Source: Ilumatobacteraceae bacterium
GTDB lineage: Bacteria > Actinomycetota > Acidimicrobiia > Acidimicrobiales > Ilumatobacteraceae
Length of the DNA: 64,000 nt
Direction of reading: 5' to 3'
Assembly (NCBI GenBank): GCA_040398525.1
Contig: JBBATY010000009.1
Span: 22,416 to 86,415 of the forward strand
The notes below the pieces were generated by a model, which was given only the letters and a program-made list of their open reading frames with translations, was not told the origin of the DNA and did not search any database. Both the position numbers and the translations under genes were made by a program. This document shows positions 54,024 through 62,052 of the stretch, in pieces (positions within the stretch are counted from its first letter, which is position 1; every line of letters begins with the position of its first letter).

Positions 54024-54854
54024 ATGGCCATCACCTTCGGGGTCCTCTCCGCGCTACTCCTCGGCCTGTCGGACTTCCTGGCCGCCCGGGCGGCCCGGCA
54101 CGCTGCATCGCTCAGCGTGACGCGCACCGTCGTCAGCACCTCGCTCGTGTTCTCGCCCCTCCTGCTCCTCCTCGTCGACTCGGCGCCGACACGGCGCGAC
54201 CTACTCCTCGGAGCCGGATCGGGCATCGCGATGATCACCGGTCTGATGCTGCTGTACCACGGCTACAAGGTGGCCAGGATGGGCATTGTCGCCCCGACCT
54301 CGTCGGTGCTCCTCGCGGCGGTGCCCGTCATCGTCGATCTGATCCGCGGCGAGCGACCGGGCACACTCGGGGCGATCGGCATCGTGATCGGGCTCGTGGC
54401 CCTGGTGCTCACCTCGTACACACCTGGCGGGCAGGGGAGTGCCACGCTCGGCGCTGTGCTCGGACTTGCGTCGGGTGTCGCATTCGGCATCGCCTTCACC
54501 CTGATGGGCGAGGTCGGCGAGGACGCCGGCCTAGCGCCCGTCCTCGCCCAGCGCCTGGCCGGGTTCCTGCTCCTGACGGTGGTCTACCTCATCGGACGCG
54601 ACCCCTTCCTCGTCACCCACCACAGCGCTCGACGAACAGCTGCCCTCGCTGGTCTCGTCGCCATGTTCGCGATCGCCTTCCTCCAACTCGGCTTCCGTGC
54701 AGGCGCGTCAGGACCTGTGTCGGTGGCCGCGTCACAGTTCGCGACGGTCGCCGTGATCCTGTCGGTCGTGTTCAACCGCGAGCGGATGCGCTGGTGGCAA
54801 GGCCTCGGTGTCGGTGCCACAGCTGTCGGCGTTGCGCTGATCGCCCTCGGCTGA
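54024..54854 (+). CDS. EamA/DMT-superfamily transporter
   Basis: 276 aa, about 10 hydrophobic helices in two EamA-like halves. AGGAGC lies 8 nt upstream of the ATG. Confidence 0.75.
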   Translation: MAITFGVLSALLLGLSDFLAARAARHAASLSVTRTVVSTSLVFSPLLLLLVDSAPTRRDLLLGAGSGIAMITGLMLLYHGYKVARMGIVAPTSSVLLAAVPVIVDLIRGERPGTLGAIGIVIGLVALVLTSYTPGGQGSATLGAVLGLASGVAFGIAFTLMGEVGEDAGLAPVLAQRLAGFLLLTVVYLIGRDPFLVTHHSARRTAALAGLVAMFAIAFLQLGFRAGASGPVSVAASQFATVAVILSVVFNRERMRWWQGLGVGATAVGVALIALG

Positions 54855-54897
54855 CCACGTCGGTCGCCCCTGCTGCTGCACGGCTAGGGTGACCGCC

Positions 54898-55275
54898 ATG
54901 GACGATCGCAGCAAGCCGAGCATCAGCATCCCCGAAGATGCCCCTCCCACCGAGCTGGTCATCGACGACGAGATCGTCGGCGAGGGCGACGAGGCCACGG
55001 TCGGAAAGCGCGTCACGGTGCACTACGCAGGTGTCGCCTGGAGCACCGGGCGCGAGTTCGATGCCAGCTGGAACCGGGGCGAGACGTTCTCGTTCCGTCT
55101 CGGGGCGCGCGAGGTCATCGAGGGCTGGGACCGTGGGGTCAAGGGCATGCGTGTCGGCGGGCGGCGACGACTGACGATCCCAGCGGACCTCGGCTACGGC
55201 AGCCGTGGCGCCGGCGGCGTGATCAAGGGGGGCGAGACCCTGGTCTTCGTCGTCGATCTCGTCTCGGTGCGCTAG
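54898..55275 (+). CDS. FKBP-type peptidyl-prolyl cis-trans isomerase
   Basis: VTVHYAGVAWSTGREFDASWNRGETFSFRLGAREVIEGWDRGVKGMRVGGRRRLTIPADLGYG...LVFVVDLVSV. The start is ATG 54898 or GTG 54889. Confidence 0.9.
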   Translation: MDDRSKPSISIPEDAPPTELVIDDEIVGEGDEATVGKRVTVHYAGVAWSTGREFDASWNRGETFSFRLGAREVIEGWDRGVKGMRVGGRRRLTIPADLGYGSRGAGGVIKGGETLVFVVDLVSVR

Positions 55276-55294
55276 GCCGAGGGCGCTCTCCCGA

Positions 55295-56809
55295 ATGAGT
55301 CGAGCCGACCGACTGCGCGCCCGTCGCAGCGGCAGCGGTGTGCGATCGCAACCGTTCCGCCAGCTCCGCAACCCGTACCGACCGATCGAGGTGCTCTCCG
55401 TCGACCAGGTCGAGCATCTGCACCGCGCGGCACTGCGCTTGCTGGCCGACACGGGGATGCGCGTCCTCGACGCCGGAGCACGCGACCGCTACCGAGCGGC
55501 GGGCTGCTCAGTCGACGAGCTCGTGGTGCGCATCGACCCCGACCTCGTCGAACAGGCGCTCACGACCGCTCCGAGCGAGTTCCGCCTCCGGGCCCGCAAC
55601 CCCGAGCACACCATCACGATCGGCGGCGACCACGTCGTGTTCGGCGCCATCGGCGGGCCTGCCTTCGTGCACGACCTCGACCGCGGCCGACGAGCCGGTA
55701 CGTCAGCCGAGGTCGACGACTACCTGAAGCTGATCCAGAGCCTCGGCGTCATCCATCAGGAGGGCGGCGGCCCGTTCGAGGCACTCGACCTCCCGCCGGA
55801 CACGCGGCACCTCGATCTCAACCTCAGCCTGATCCGTCTGCTCGACAAGAACTGGCAGGGCAATGCGCTCGGCCGGGACCGAGCCGCCGATTCCATCGAC
55901 ATGGCGGCGATCGCGCTCGGCGTCGATCGTGACGGGCTGCTCGACGAGCCAGCCGTGCTCGCGATCATCAACACGAACACACCGCTCACGCTGGACGTCG
56001 CCATGGCCGAGAGCCTGATGGAGCTCGCCGAGGCAGGACAGGTCGTGTGCGTCACCCCGTTCACCCTGGCTGGCGCCATGGCACCAGCCACGCTTGCAGG
56101 GGCCCTCACGCTGCAGCATGCCGAGGCCCTCGCCGGGGTCACCCTCACCCAGATCGTGAGACCTGGCGCACCAGTTGTCTACGGCTCGTTCACCTCCAAC
56201 GTCGATCTCCGTAGCGGATCACCGGCGTTCGGCACACCGGAGTACACCAAGGCTGCGCAAGCCGGTGGTCAATTGGCTCGCAGATGCGGGTTGCCCTACC
56301 GCTCGTCCAACACCAACGCATCCAACACCGTCGACGCCCAGTCCACCTACGAGAGCTCGATGTCGCTGTGGGGCGCGGTGATGGGTGGGGCCAACCTGAT
56401 CAACCACGCAGCAGGTTGGCTCGAAGGTGGCCTCACCGCATCGTTCGAGAAGCTCATCATCGACGCCGAGATGCTGCAGATGATGGCCGAATATCTGCGC
56501 CCGATCGAGGTCGACGACGACTCGCTCGCCCTCGACGCCATCGCCGAGGTGGGTCCAGGTGGGCACTTCTTCGCCTCACCGCACACGCTCTCGCGCTACG
56601 AAACGGCGTTCTACACGCCGATGGTGTCGGATTGGCGCCCGTTCGAGACCTGGTCCGAGCAGGGCTCGACCAACGCCACCACCCGCGCGAACGGGATCTG
56701 GAAGCAATTGCTCGACCACTACGAGCAGCCGGCGCTCGATCCGGCGATCGACGAGCAGTTGGTCGACTTCGTGGCGAGACGCAAAGAGGTGCTCGGCTCA
56801 GCCCGCTGA
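55295..56809 (+). CDS. MttB-superfamily methyltransferase, non-pyrrolysine, paralogue 3 (close relative of paralogue 2)
   Basis: 504 aa. It has NTNTPLTLD, VCVTPFTLAGAMAPATLAGAL, GSPAFGTPEY, AAGWLEGGL and GPGGHFFA. There is no in-frame stop. Confidence 0.85.
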   Translation: MSRADRLRARRSGSGVRSQPFRQLRNPYRPIEVLSVDQVEHLHRAALRLLADTGMRVLDAGARDRYRAAGCSVDELVVRIDPDLVEQALTTAPSEFRLRARNPEHTITIGGDHVVFGAIGGPAFVHDLDRGRRAGTSAEVDDYLKLIQSLGVIHQEGGGPFEALDLPPDTRHLDLNLSLIRLLDKNWQGNALGRDRAADSIDMAAIALGVDRDGLLDEPAVLAIINTNTPLTLDVAMAESLMELAEAGQVVCVTPFTLAGAMAPATLAGALTLQHAEALAGVTLTQIVRPGAPVVYGSFTSNVDLRSGSPAFGTPEYTKAAQAGGQLARRCGLPYRSSNTNASNTVDAQSTYESSMSLWGAVMGGANLINHAAGWLEGGLTASFEKLIIDAEMLQMMAEYLRPIEVDDDSLALDAIAEVGPGGHFFASPHTLSRYETAFYTPMVSDWRPFETWSEQGSTNATTRANGIWKQLLDHYEQPALDPAIDEQLVDFVARRKEVLGSAR

Positions 56810-58693
56810 GCCGGTAGCTGCCTCGGCTTCGTCGCCCGCACCAGGGCCCCCGTCAGCCCGAGCCTCGAGGTCGGCCCACTGCAGCAGTTGCATGATGCCT
56901 GCGATCGGAGCGAACAGCGTGCCGACCACCGAGGCGACGACGTTCACCACACCGAAGGACCAATCGGTGATCAGGAGCGCTGCGATCCCGACGGTCGGCG
57001 GGAGCACGCTCGCGAAGAAGACCGACACGCCGGCTAGGCCGAGTGAGCGCAATCGCATACCTTCCGTCAGCTCGGTGCTGCGCCGCAGCGGGTGCGAACC
57101 GTGCAACGCAGCCGGGATGGCAACCGCCCAGCGAGCGAGGCACCAGATCACCACCGGGAACAGCACCACCGTGGTCATCGCCGACAGCGCAGCGACCGTG
57201 AGACCCCACGACATCCCGATCACCCGCCGCCGCGACCATGCCATGCCGACGAGCTCACGGAACGCCGGGGGAGTGCCCCGGTCGATCATCGCCTCCACCA
57301 TCAACATGGTGGTTACCGCCACTGTCGCGGTGGCGGGAAGCACGAACACGCCCCCGATCGCCAGCGCCAGAGCACCCCCCGAGCCCGACGAGCGGTCGGC
57401 CACGTCGGCCAGGTCACCGACGTCGGTGCCTCCAAGCACGATCACCTGGAGGAGGGCACCGAGCGCGCCGGCGATCGGGAGCAGCGCACCGACGCGCATC
57501 ACCTGCCGCGGCGCCCGACGAATGAACGTCAGCGCGGTCGACACGATCTGCCCGAGGCGGCGACGCACGACAAGAGGAGCGGTCACCACCGGCCGCCACA
57601 CCGTGGCGCGCAGGGCCATCACCAACGCCACCAGGACAGCGACGATGAGTAGGCCCATCGCCACCGGCCTGTCGAACAGACCGAACATCACGATCGATGC
57701 TCGCCGGGTTGCCGAGCAGAACGCGTCCGTCACTGCGGTGCCCCCGCTCGGCAGGTCGACAGCGCCCCGACGACCCTCCTCGTCCGCCCACGACACCGGC
57801 TCGGACCACTGACGCTTCGAGATCGGACCGGTCGGGCCGTTGTTGAACGATGGTCGTTGCTCACCCCAGCGACCCTCGTAGCGGGCCCACCTCGGCAGCT
57901 GTGAGTCGTCGAGGAGCTCCACCTCGGCAGCCACGTCCTCGTGCGGGCCGCGGGTGTCGTCGCAGCCGAACCCGCTCGCCGCGCTCTTGCCGAACCAGCG
58001 AGCCGCACGGAAGTACGACGCGTGACTACCGGCGGCCACGTACACCACCGGACGGGTCCCGTCGACCACCTCGAGCACATCACCGCTCCAGTCCGACAGC
58101 TCGGCCCCTTCGTGCTGTGCGAAGGCAACCTGGTACGGGCCGACCGACCGCGCCTCTGCCGCGTCGTCTGCCTTGAAGTGAACCTGGATCATCTCCCAGT
58201 CACCCTCGTGGCGGTCGTTCCAATCGTTGTAGAGGTAGAAGAACCAGTACTGCACGACCAACTCTCCGGGACGGCCATCCTCGGTGGCCACCCGGGCGAA
58301 CACGGTCGGGGCGGTGCGCCATGCGTCGAACAACTCCTCGTAGTCGCACTTCGGTCGCAGCGCGTTGCCGGGATAGTCGAGATGCCAGCTGTCGTCACCC
58401 GGATCGGGGAGATCCGCCTCGGTCGGTGCAGCGATGTCCTGGTCACCGCCGGTCAACACCACGCCATTGCGCCCGATGCCGTCCACACCGAGCACGGCCT
58501 CGGGATGCATCACCCGATACGGCTCACCGGGTCCACACGGCACCGGCTGCTCGACGACGCGCAGGAGGGGGAGGTAGGCATCGATCAGCTCGTGCTCGTC
58601 GGACCCGGCAGCCAACGCTGGCACGGCGCTCGCCACGAACAGCGACGACACGAGGACCGACACCCACACGACCACTCGGCACCATCCCCGCAC
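56798..58693 (-). CDS. Membrane protein: signal peptide, Vps62/DUF946-like extracytoplasmic domain, C-terminal polytopic membrane domain
   Basis: 631 aa. It starts MRGWCRVVVWVSVLVSSLFVASAVPALAAG. The motif VVQYWFFYLYNDWNDRHEGDWEMIQVHF resembles the Vps62-type WFFY...H.GDWE signature. About 6 hydrophobic helices follow after residue 340. Confidence 0.55.
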   Translation of the reverse strand: MRGWCRVVVWVSVLVSSLFVASAVPALAAGSDEHELIDAYLPLLRVVEQPVPCGPGEPYRVMHPEAVLGVDGIGRNGVVLTGGDQDIAAPTEADLPDPGDDSWHLDYPGNALRPKCDYEELFDAWRTAPTVFARVATEDGRPGELVVQYWFFYLYNDWNDRHEGDWEMIQVHFKADDAAEARSVGPYQVAFAQHEGAELSDWSGDVLEVVDGTRPVVYVAAGSHASYFRAARWFGKSAASGFGCDDTRGPHEDVAAEVELLDDSQLPRWARYEGRWGEQRPSFNNGPTGPISKRQWSEPVSWADEEGRRGAVDLPSGGTAVTDAFCSATRRASIVMFGLFDRPVAMGLLIVAVLVALVMALRATVWRPVVTAPLVVRRRLGQIVSTALTFIRRAPRQVMRVGALLPIAGALGALLQVIVLGGTDVGDLADVADRSSGSGGALALAIGGVFVLPATATVAVTTMLMVEAMIDRGTPPAFRELVGMAWSRRRVIGMSWGLTVAALSAMTTVVLFPVVIWCLARWAVAIPAALHGSHPLRRSTELTEGMRLRSLGLAGVSVFFASVLPPTVGIAALLITDWSFGVVNVVASVVGTLFAPIAGIMQLLQWADLEARADGGPGAGDEAEAATGSAG

Positions 58694-58831
58694 GGGCGGC
58701 GAGCGTATCCGATGAGCCCCAAACCGGCGGGAGAGGACGGCCCGACGACGGGTCCGCTCGGTCCGATCCCCACACTCGTCCGTATTGACATAACGATGAT
58801 TATGGGCGTTCTGGTGTGGAGTGCCGACCGC

Positions 58832-59194
58832 TCAGCCGGGCCCGAGCCGACGCTGCGCGAGCGGCTCTGCGGCGTCCAGCAGCCACCGAAGCGCATCCCG
58901 CACCTCGGCCAGGCTCATCGGATGCTCGAGGTCGCGACGAGTGTCGGCGACCGCGCACTGCAGCACGAACACCTCGTCGTGCAGCGCATCGAGCTCGCGC
59001 CTGGCCATCACCAACTCGTCATCACCCAACGCGAGCTCCGCCGCACGCTGCCGAGCGACCCAGTCCCACTGCCGACAGCGCTGCGAACAGAACATTCGCG
59101 GCCGACCGGGGCCGACCCGCTCCGCCAGCGGGATCCGACACCACCGGCATCGCCGCTGTTGCCGGACCTCGCCCTCACTGGACAATTTCGTCAT
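58832..59194 (-). CDS. Hypothetical small zinc-ribbon protein
   Basis: ATG at 59194 (MTKLSSEGEVRQQRRCRWCRIPLAERVGPGRPRMFCSQRCRQWDW...). It has a CxxC...CxxxC pattern followed by a helical tail. Confidence 0.5.
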   Translation of the reverse strand: MTKLSSEGEVRQQRRCRWCRIPLAERVGPGRPRMFCSQRCRQWDWVARQRAAELALGDDELVMARRELDALHDEVFVLQCAVADTRRDLEHPMSLAEVRDALRWLLDAAEPLAQRRLGPG

Positions 59195-59264
59195 GACGAA
59201 ATAGTACGCGAACGGGCGGATCCGTGACGGATCACTGCCGTGCGCCGCTTCCGACAGCTGACCG

Positions 59265-60134
59265 TCAGGCGTCCATGCCGAACCGTGCGGCCAGCCCGGC
59301 CGCCAGCTCGTCGAGACGCTCACCCGGCAGCGGTGGCAGCATCACGCGTGTCACCCCGAGCTCGGCGAGCTGCTCGATGCGCGTCGACATCTCGTCGAAC
59401 GTCCGCCCGCCTCCCCCGGCGGTGAGCTCGACCTCGTTCGGGTCGCGGCCGAGCACCGCGCACTCGTCGCGGACCATTGCGAACGATGCGCTCAGCTCAT
59501 CGATGCTGCCGCTCCCGGGGAAGAACCCGTCGCCGATCCGGGCTGCGCGACGTGCGGCCGGCGCCGTGTGGCCGCCGATCACGATCGGGATGGTCCCCCG
59601 AACCGGCCTGGGCCGGCTGATGCATCGCTCGAACGAGGTATAGGTGCTCGAGAAGGTGGTCTTGTCGCCCGTCCACAGCGCACGGAGTGCGCCCACGTAG
59701 TCGTCGTGCCGCCGCCCACGGTCCTCGAAGGGGACACCGAGCGCGTCGAACTCCTCGCGCAACCAGCCGACTCCGGTGCCGAGGATCACCCGACCGCCAC
59801 TCAAGGCATCGAGCGTGGCGACCTCCTTGGCCACCACCAGCGGGTTGCGCTGGGGCAGGATCAAGATGCCCGTCCCCAGTTTGATGCGCTCGGTCACCGC
59901 AGCGACGTAGGTCAGCCAGATGAGCGGATCGGGCAAGTCGAACTCCTCGGCTCCGCCGGCCATCTTGCCGGAGCGGTCGTAGGGGTACTGCGACTCGTAG
60001 CCCGAGGGCACGACGACGTGCTCGACGGTCCAGAGCGACTCGAAGCCGAGTTGTTCGGCACGAACGGCGAGTTGCCGCGCCCCAGCTGCCGACGACCCCA
60101 TACCGGTGTTGGCGAAGATCAATCCGAATCTCAT
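59265..60134 (-). CDS. LLM-class (probably F420-dependent) oxidoreductase
   Basis: 289 aa. It reads MRFGLIFANTG...GFESLWTVEHVVVP...KLGTGILILPQRNPL...GRVILGTGVGW, typical of the actinobacterial F420-dependent LLM subgroup. Confidence 0.75.
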   Translation of the reverse strand: MRFGLIFANTGMGSSAAGARQLAVRAEQLGFESLWTVEHVVVPSGYESQYPYDRSGKMAGGAEEFDLPDPLIWLTYVAAVTERIKLGTGILILPQRNPLVVAKEVATLDALSGGRVILGTGVGWLREEFDALGVPFEDRGRRHDDYVGALRALWTGDKTTFSSTYTSFERCISRPRPVRGTIPIVIGGHTAPAARRAARIGDGFFPGSGSIDELSASFAMVRDECAVLGRDPNEVELTAGGGGRTFDEMSTRIEQLAELGVTRVMLPPLPGERLDELAAGLAARFGMDA

Positions 60135-60177
60135 GGCGGCACCCTAGGCGGGCATCACCACCACCGACGCAGTTGCA

Positions 60178-61047
60178 TCACTGGTCGGTGAACGACTGCC
60201 TCCACACCGCCTCGAGGCGATCGAGCCGCGTCGTGGCCACCTCGCGCAGTTGTTCCGCAACCGCTGCCACGAACAGGTTGAACACCGCCAGCGTGCCGAC
60301 ATGGCTGTCGAAGGGCCCCGAGCTGGCCGCGCTGATCACGAAGGTTGCATCGGCCACAGCAGCGAGAGGCGACAGGACGCTGTCGGTGAGCGCGACCGAC
60401 CAGACCCCTGCGGCCGCCGCAGTCCGGGCGGCGTCGACCACCCAGCGCTCGTAGCGCCGCAGATCGAGCACGACGAGCACATCGGTCGAGCGCAGCAGCG
60501 CCAGATGGCGGGCGACGGCGATCTCGTTGCCGTCGACGAGGACGACGTCGTCGCGCAGCACCCCGAGATCGCCGGCGAACTGCTGGGCCACACCACGCGA
60601 CGCGTCACCCGACAGGACGAGCACCCGCGCCGTCTGATCGGCGAGCCGCCGTGCCGCGATGTCGAGGGTCGCTGCATCGACGCCCGAGAGCGACGACTGC
60701 ACGTTCGACCGCTCGACGGCTGACAGCTGCTCGACGAGTGGACCGCCCGACTGCTCGCGGATGCGCTCCGCAGCAGGGCGCAGCTGCCGACCGAGATCGT
60801 CGCGGACCGACGCCTGCAGGCCCGTGAAGCCGTCGAACCCGAGCTTCGCGGCGAGCCGCACCACCGTCGCTGCCCCAGCACCCGCTGCGCTGGCGAGATC
60901 GGCAACCGTCCCGAACGCGACGAGCTGCGGCCGAGCCAGGACCACCTCGGCCACGAGCCGTTCCGACCGGGTCAGCGACCCACTCAGCTCCCCGATCCGA
61001 GCAGCGACGTCCACGGTCGGAGTGTACCAACCACGATCCCGCGGCAC
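60178..61047 (-). CDS. RpiR/MurR family transcriptional regulator (HTH_6 + SIS domain)
   Basis: LTRSERLVAEVVLARPQLVAFGTVADLASAAGAGAATVVRLAAKLGFDGF followed by a SIS fold (VLVLSGDASRGVA). The start is GTG 61047 or GTG 61014. Confidence 0.8.
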   Translation of the reverse strand: MPRDRGWYTPTVDVAARIGELSGSLTRSERLVAEVVLARPQLVAFGTVADLASAAGAGAATVVRLAAKLGFDGFTGLQASVRDDLGRQLRPAAERIREQSGGPLVEQLSAVERSNVQSSLSGVDAATLDIAARRLADQTARVLVLSGDASRGVAQQFAGDLGVLRDDVVLVDGNEIAVARHLALLRSTDVLVVLDLRRYERWVVDAARTAAAAGVWSVALTDSVLSPLAAVADATFVISAASSGPFDSHVGTLAVFNLFVAAVAEQLREVATTRLDRLEAVWRQSFTDQ

Positions 61048-61056
61048 TGGTTGATC

Positions 61057-61084
61057 TGTTCCAGCTTGTGTAGTATCTGGAACA
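61057..61084. promoter_or_regulatory. Perfect 8-bp inverted repeat (TGTTCCAG-N12-CTGGAACA) framing a TAGTAT -10-like box; candidate RpiR operator on a probably leaderless promoter
   Basis: tgttccag (61057-61064) and ctggaaca (61077-61084) are exact reverse complements. TAGTAT lies at 61071-61076, 7 nt before the ATG at 61084. The right arm ends on the A of that ATG. Confidence 0.5.
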
Positions 61085-62052
61085 TGTCTTCCGTGCTGGT
61101 CGCTGCCTCCTCCGCACCCGTGGCTCCGTTCGTCGTGGAGGTCCCACCCTTCTCACTGCCGACACCGACCGGCGCGGTCGACGCCGAGGCGCTCGTTGCT
61201 GCCGCCGGACGCGCTGGCCGATTGCTGCCAGCAGCGGCCTACGAGGCGCTCACCTCATTCGCTGACGAGCCCCACCGGAGCGGCGCCATGCTGCTCCGCG
61301 GCATCGCCATCGGCGAGCTTCCCCCCACACCGTCGAGCCCGACCGCCCCGACCGGGAAGGATCTGCGCACCGAGATGGTCCTGCTCACCGTGGCACGGGT
61401 GCTCGGCCAACCTGTCGGCTACCTCCCCGAGCACGGGGGCGACCTCGTCCAGCAGATCGTCCCCACTCAGACCGCGAGCAACCGCCAGGTGTCGACCTCG
61501 TCGAAGGTCGAGCTGATGTTCCACACCGAGGCCGCCTTCCATCCACATCGTCCTCGTTACCTGCTGCTCCTCTGCCTCCGCGGCGACAGCGAGGCACGCA
61601 CCACCCTGGCCTCGATCGGCGAAGTGCTCCCCCACCTTCCCGCTGATGTCGTCGACACCTTGTTCGAGCCCCGGTTCCGCACAGCAGTCGACGAGAGCTA
61701 CCTCCACGGCCGCCGGAACGTGCTCGGCCCGTGCATGCCGGTGCTGTCCGGAGCCGCCGATGCACCGACGCTGGTGTTCGATGCCGACCTGATGGTTGGC
61801 GTCGATGCCGCCGCCGACGATGCGCTGCGCACGCTGTCGGCTGCGATCGCCGAGCACCACGTGGCGATCGCGCTCGAGGCTGGCGACCTGCTGGTCGTCG
61901 ACAACACCGTCGCAGTGCACGGCCGGTCACCCTTCAGGCCGCGCTTTGACGGCACTGACCGGTGGCTCCAACGGGCATTCGTCGTGAGCGACCTCGCGCC
62001 CAGCGCTGCCGATCGACACGGCCGGACCATCGTCACCCGCTTCGGCGTCTGA
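61084..62052 (+). CDS. Clavaminate-synthase-like Fe(II)/2-oxoglutarate-dependent oxygenase (VioC/AsnO/MppO-type amino-acid hydroxylase family)
   Basis: ATG at 61084 (MSSVLVAASS...). The facial triad pattern is LMFHTEAAFHPHRPRYLLLLCLRGD (HxE) plus VAVHGRSPF, with RWLQR near the C-terminus. Confidence 0.7.
   Translation: MSSVLVAASSAPVAPFVVEVPPFSLPTPTGAVDAEALVAAAGRAGRLLPAAAYEALTSFADEPHRSGAMLLRGIAIGELPPTPSSPTAPTGKDLRTEMVLLTVARVLGQPVGYLPEHGGDLVQQIVPTQTASNRQVSTSSKVELMFHTEAAFHPHRPRYLLLLCLRGDSEARTTLASIGEVLPHLPADVVDTLFEPRFRTAVDESYLHGRRNVLGPCMPVLSGAADAPTLVFDADLMVGVDAAADDALRTLSAAIAEHHVAIALEAGDLLVVDNTVAVHGRSPFRPRFDGTDRWLQRAFVVSDLAPSAADRHGRTIVTRFGV

Noticed and set aside
61051-61083. TTG-initiated N-terminal extension of the hydroxylase ORF (MICSSLCSIWN...) and other longest-ORF starts listed in the track
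   Set aside because: The extension would begin 3 nt from the divergent regulator ORF and run through the palindrome and -10-like box. The ATG at 61084 fits the family N-terminus better. Elsewhere, upstream extensions are Arg/Pro/Gly-rich junk that overlaps neighbouring genes.
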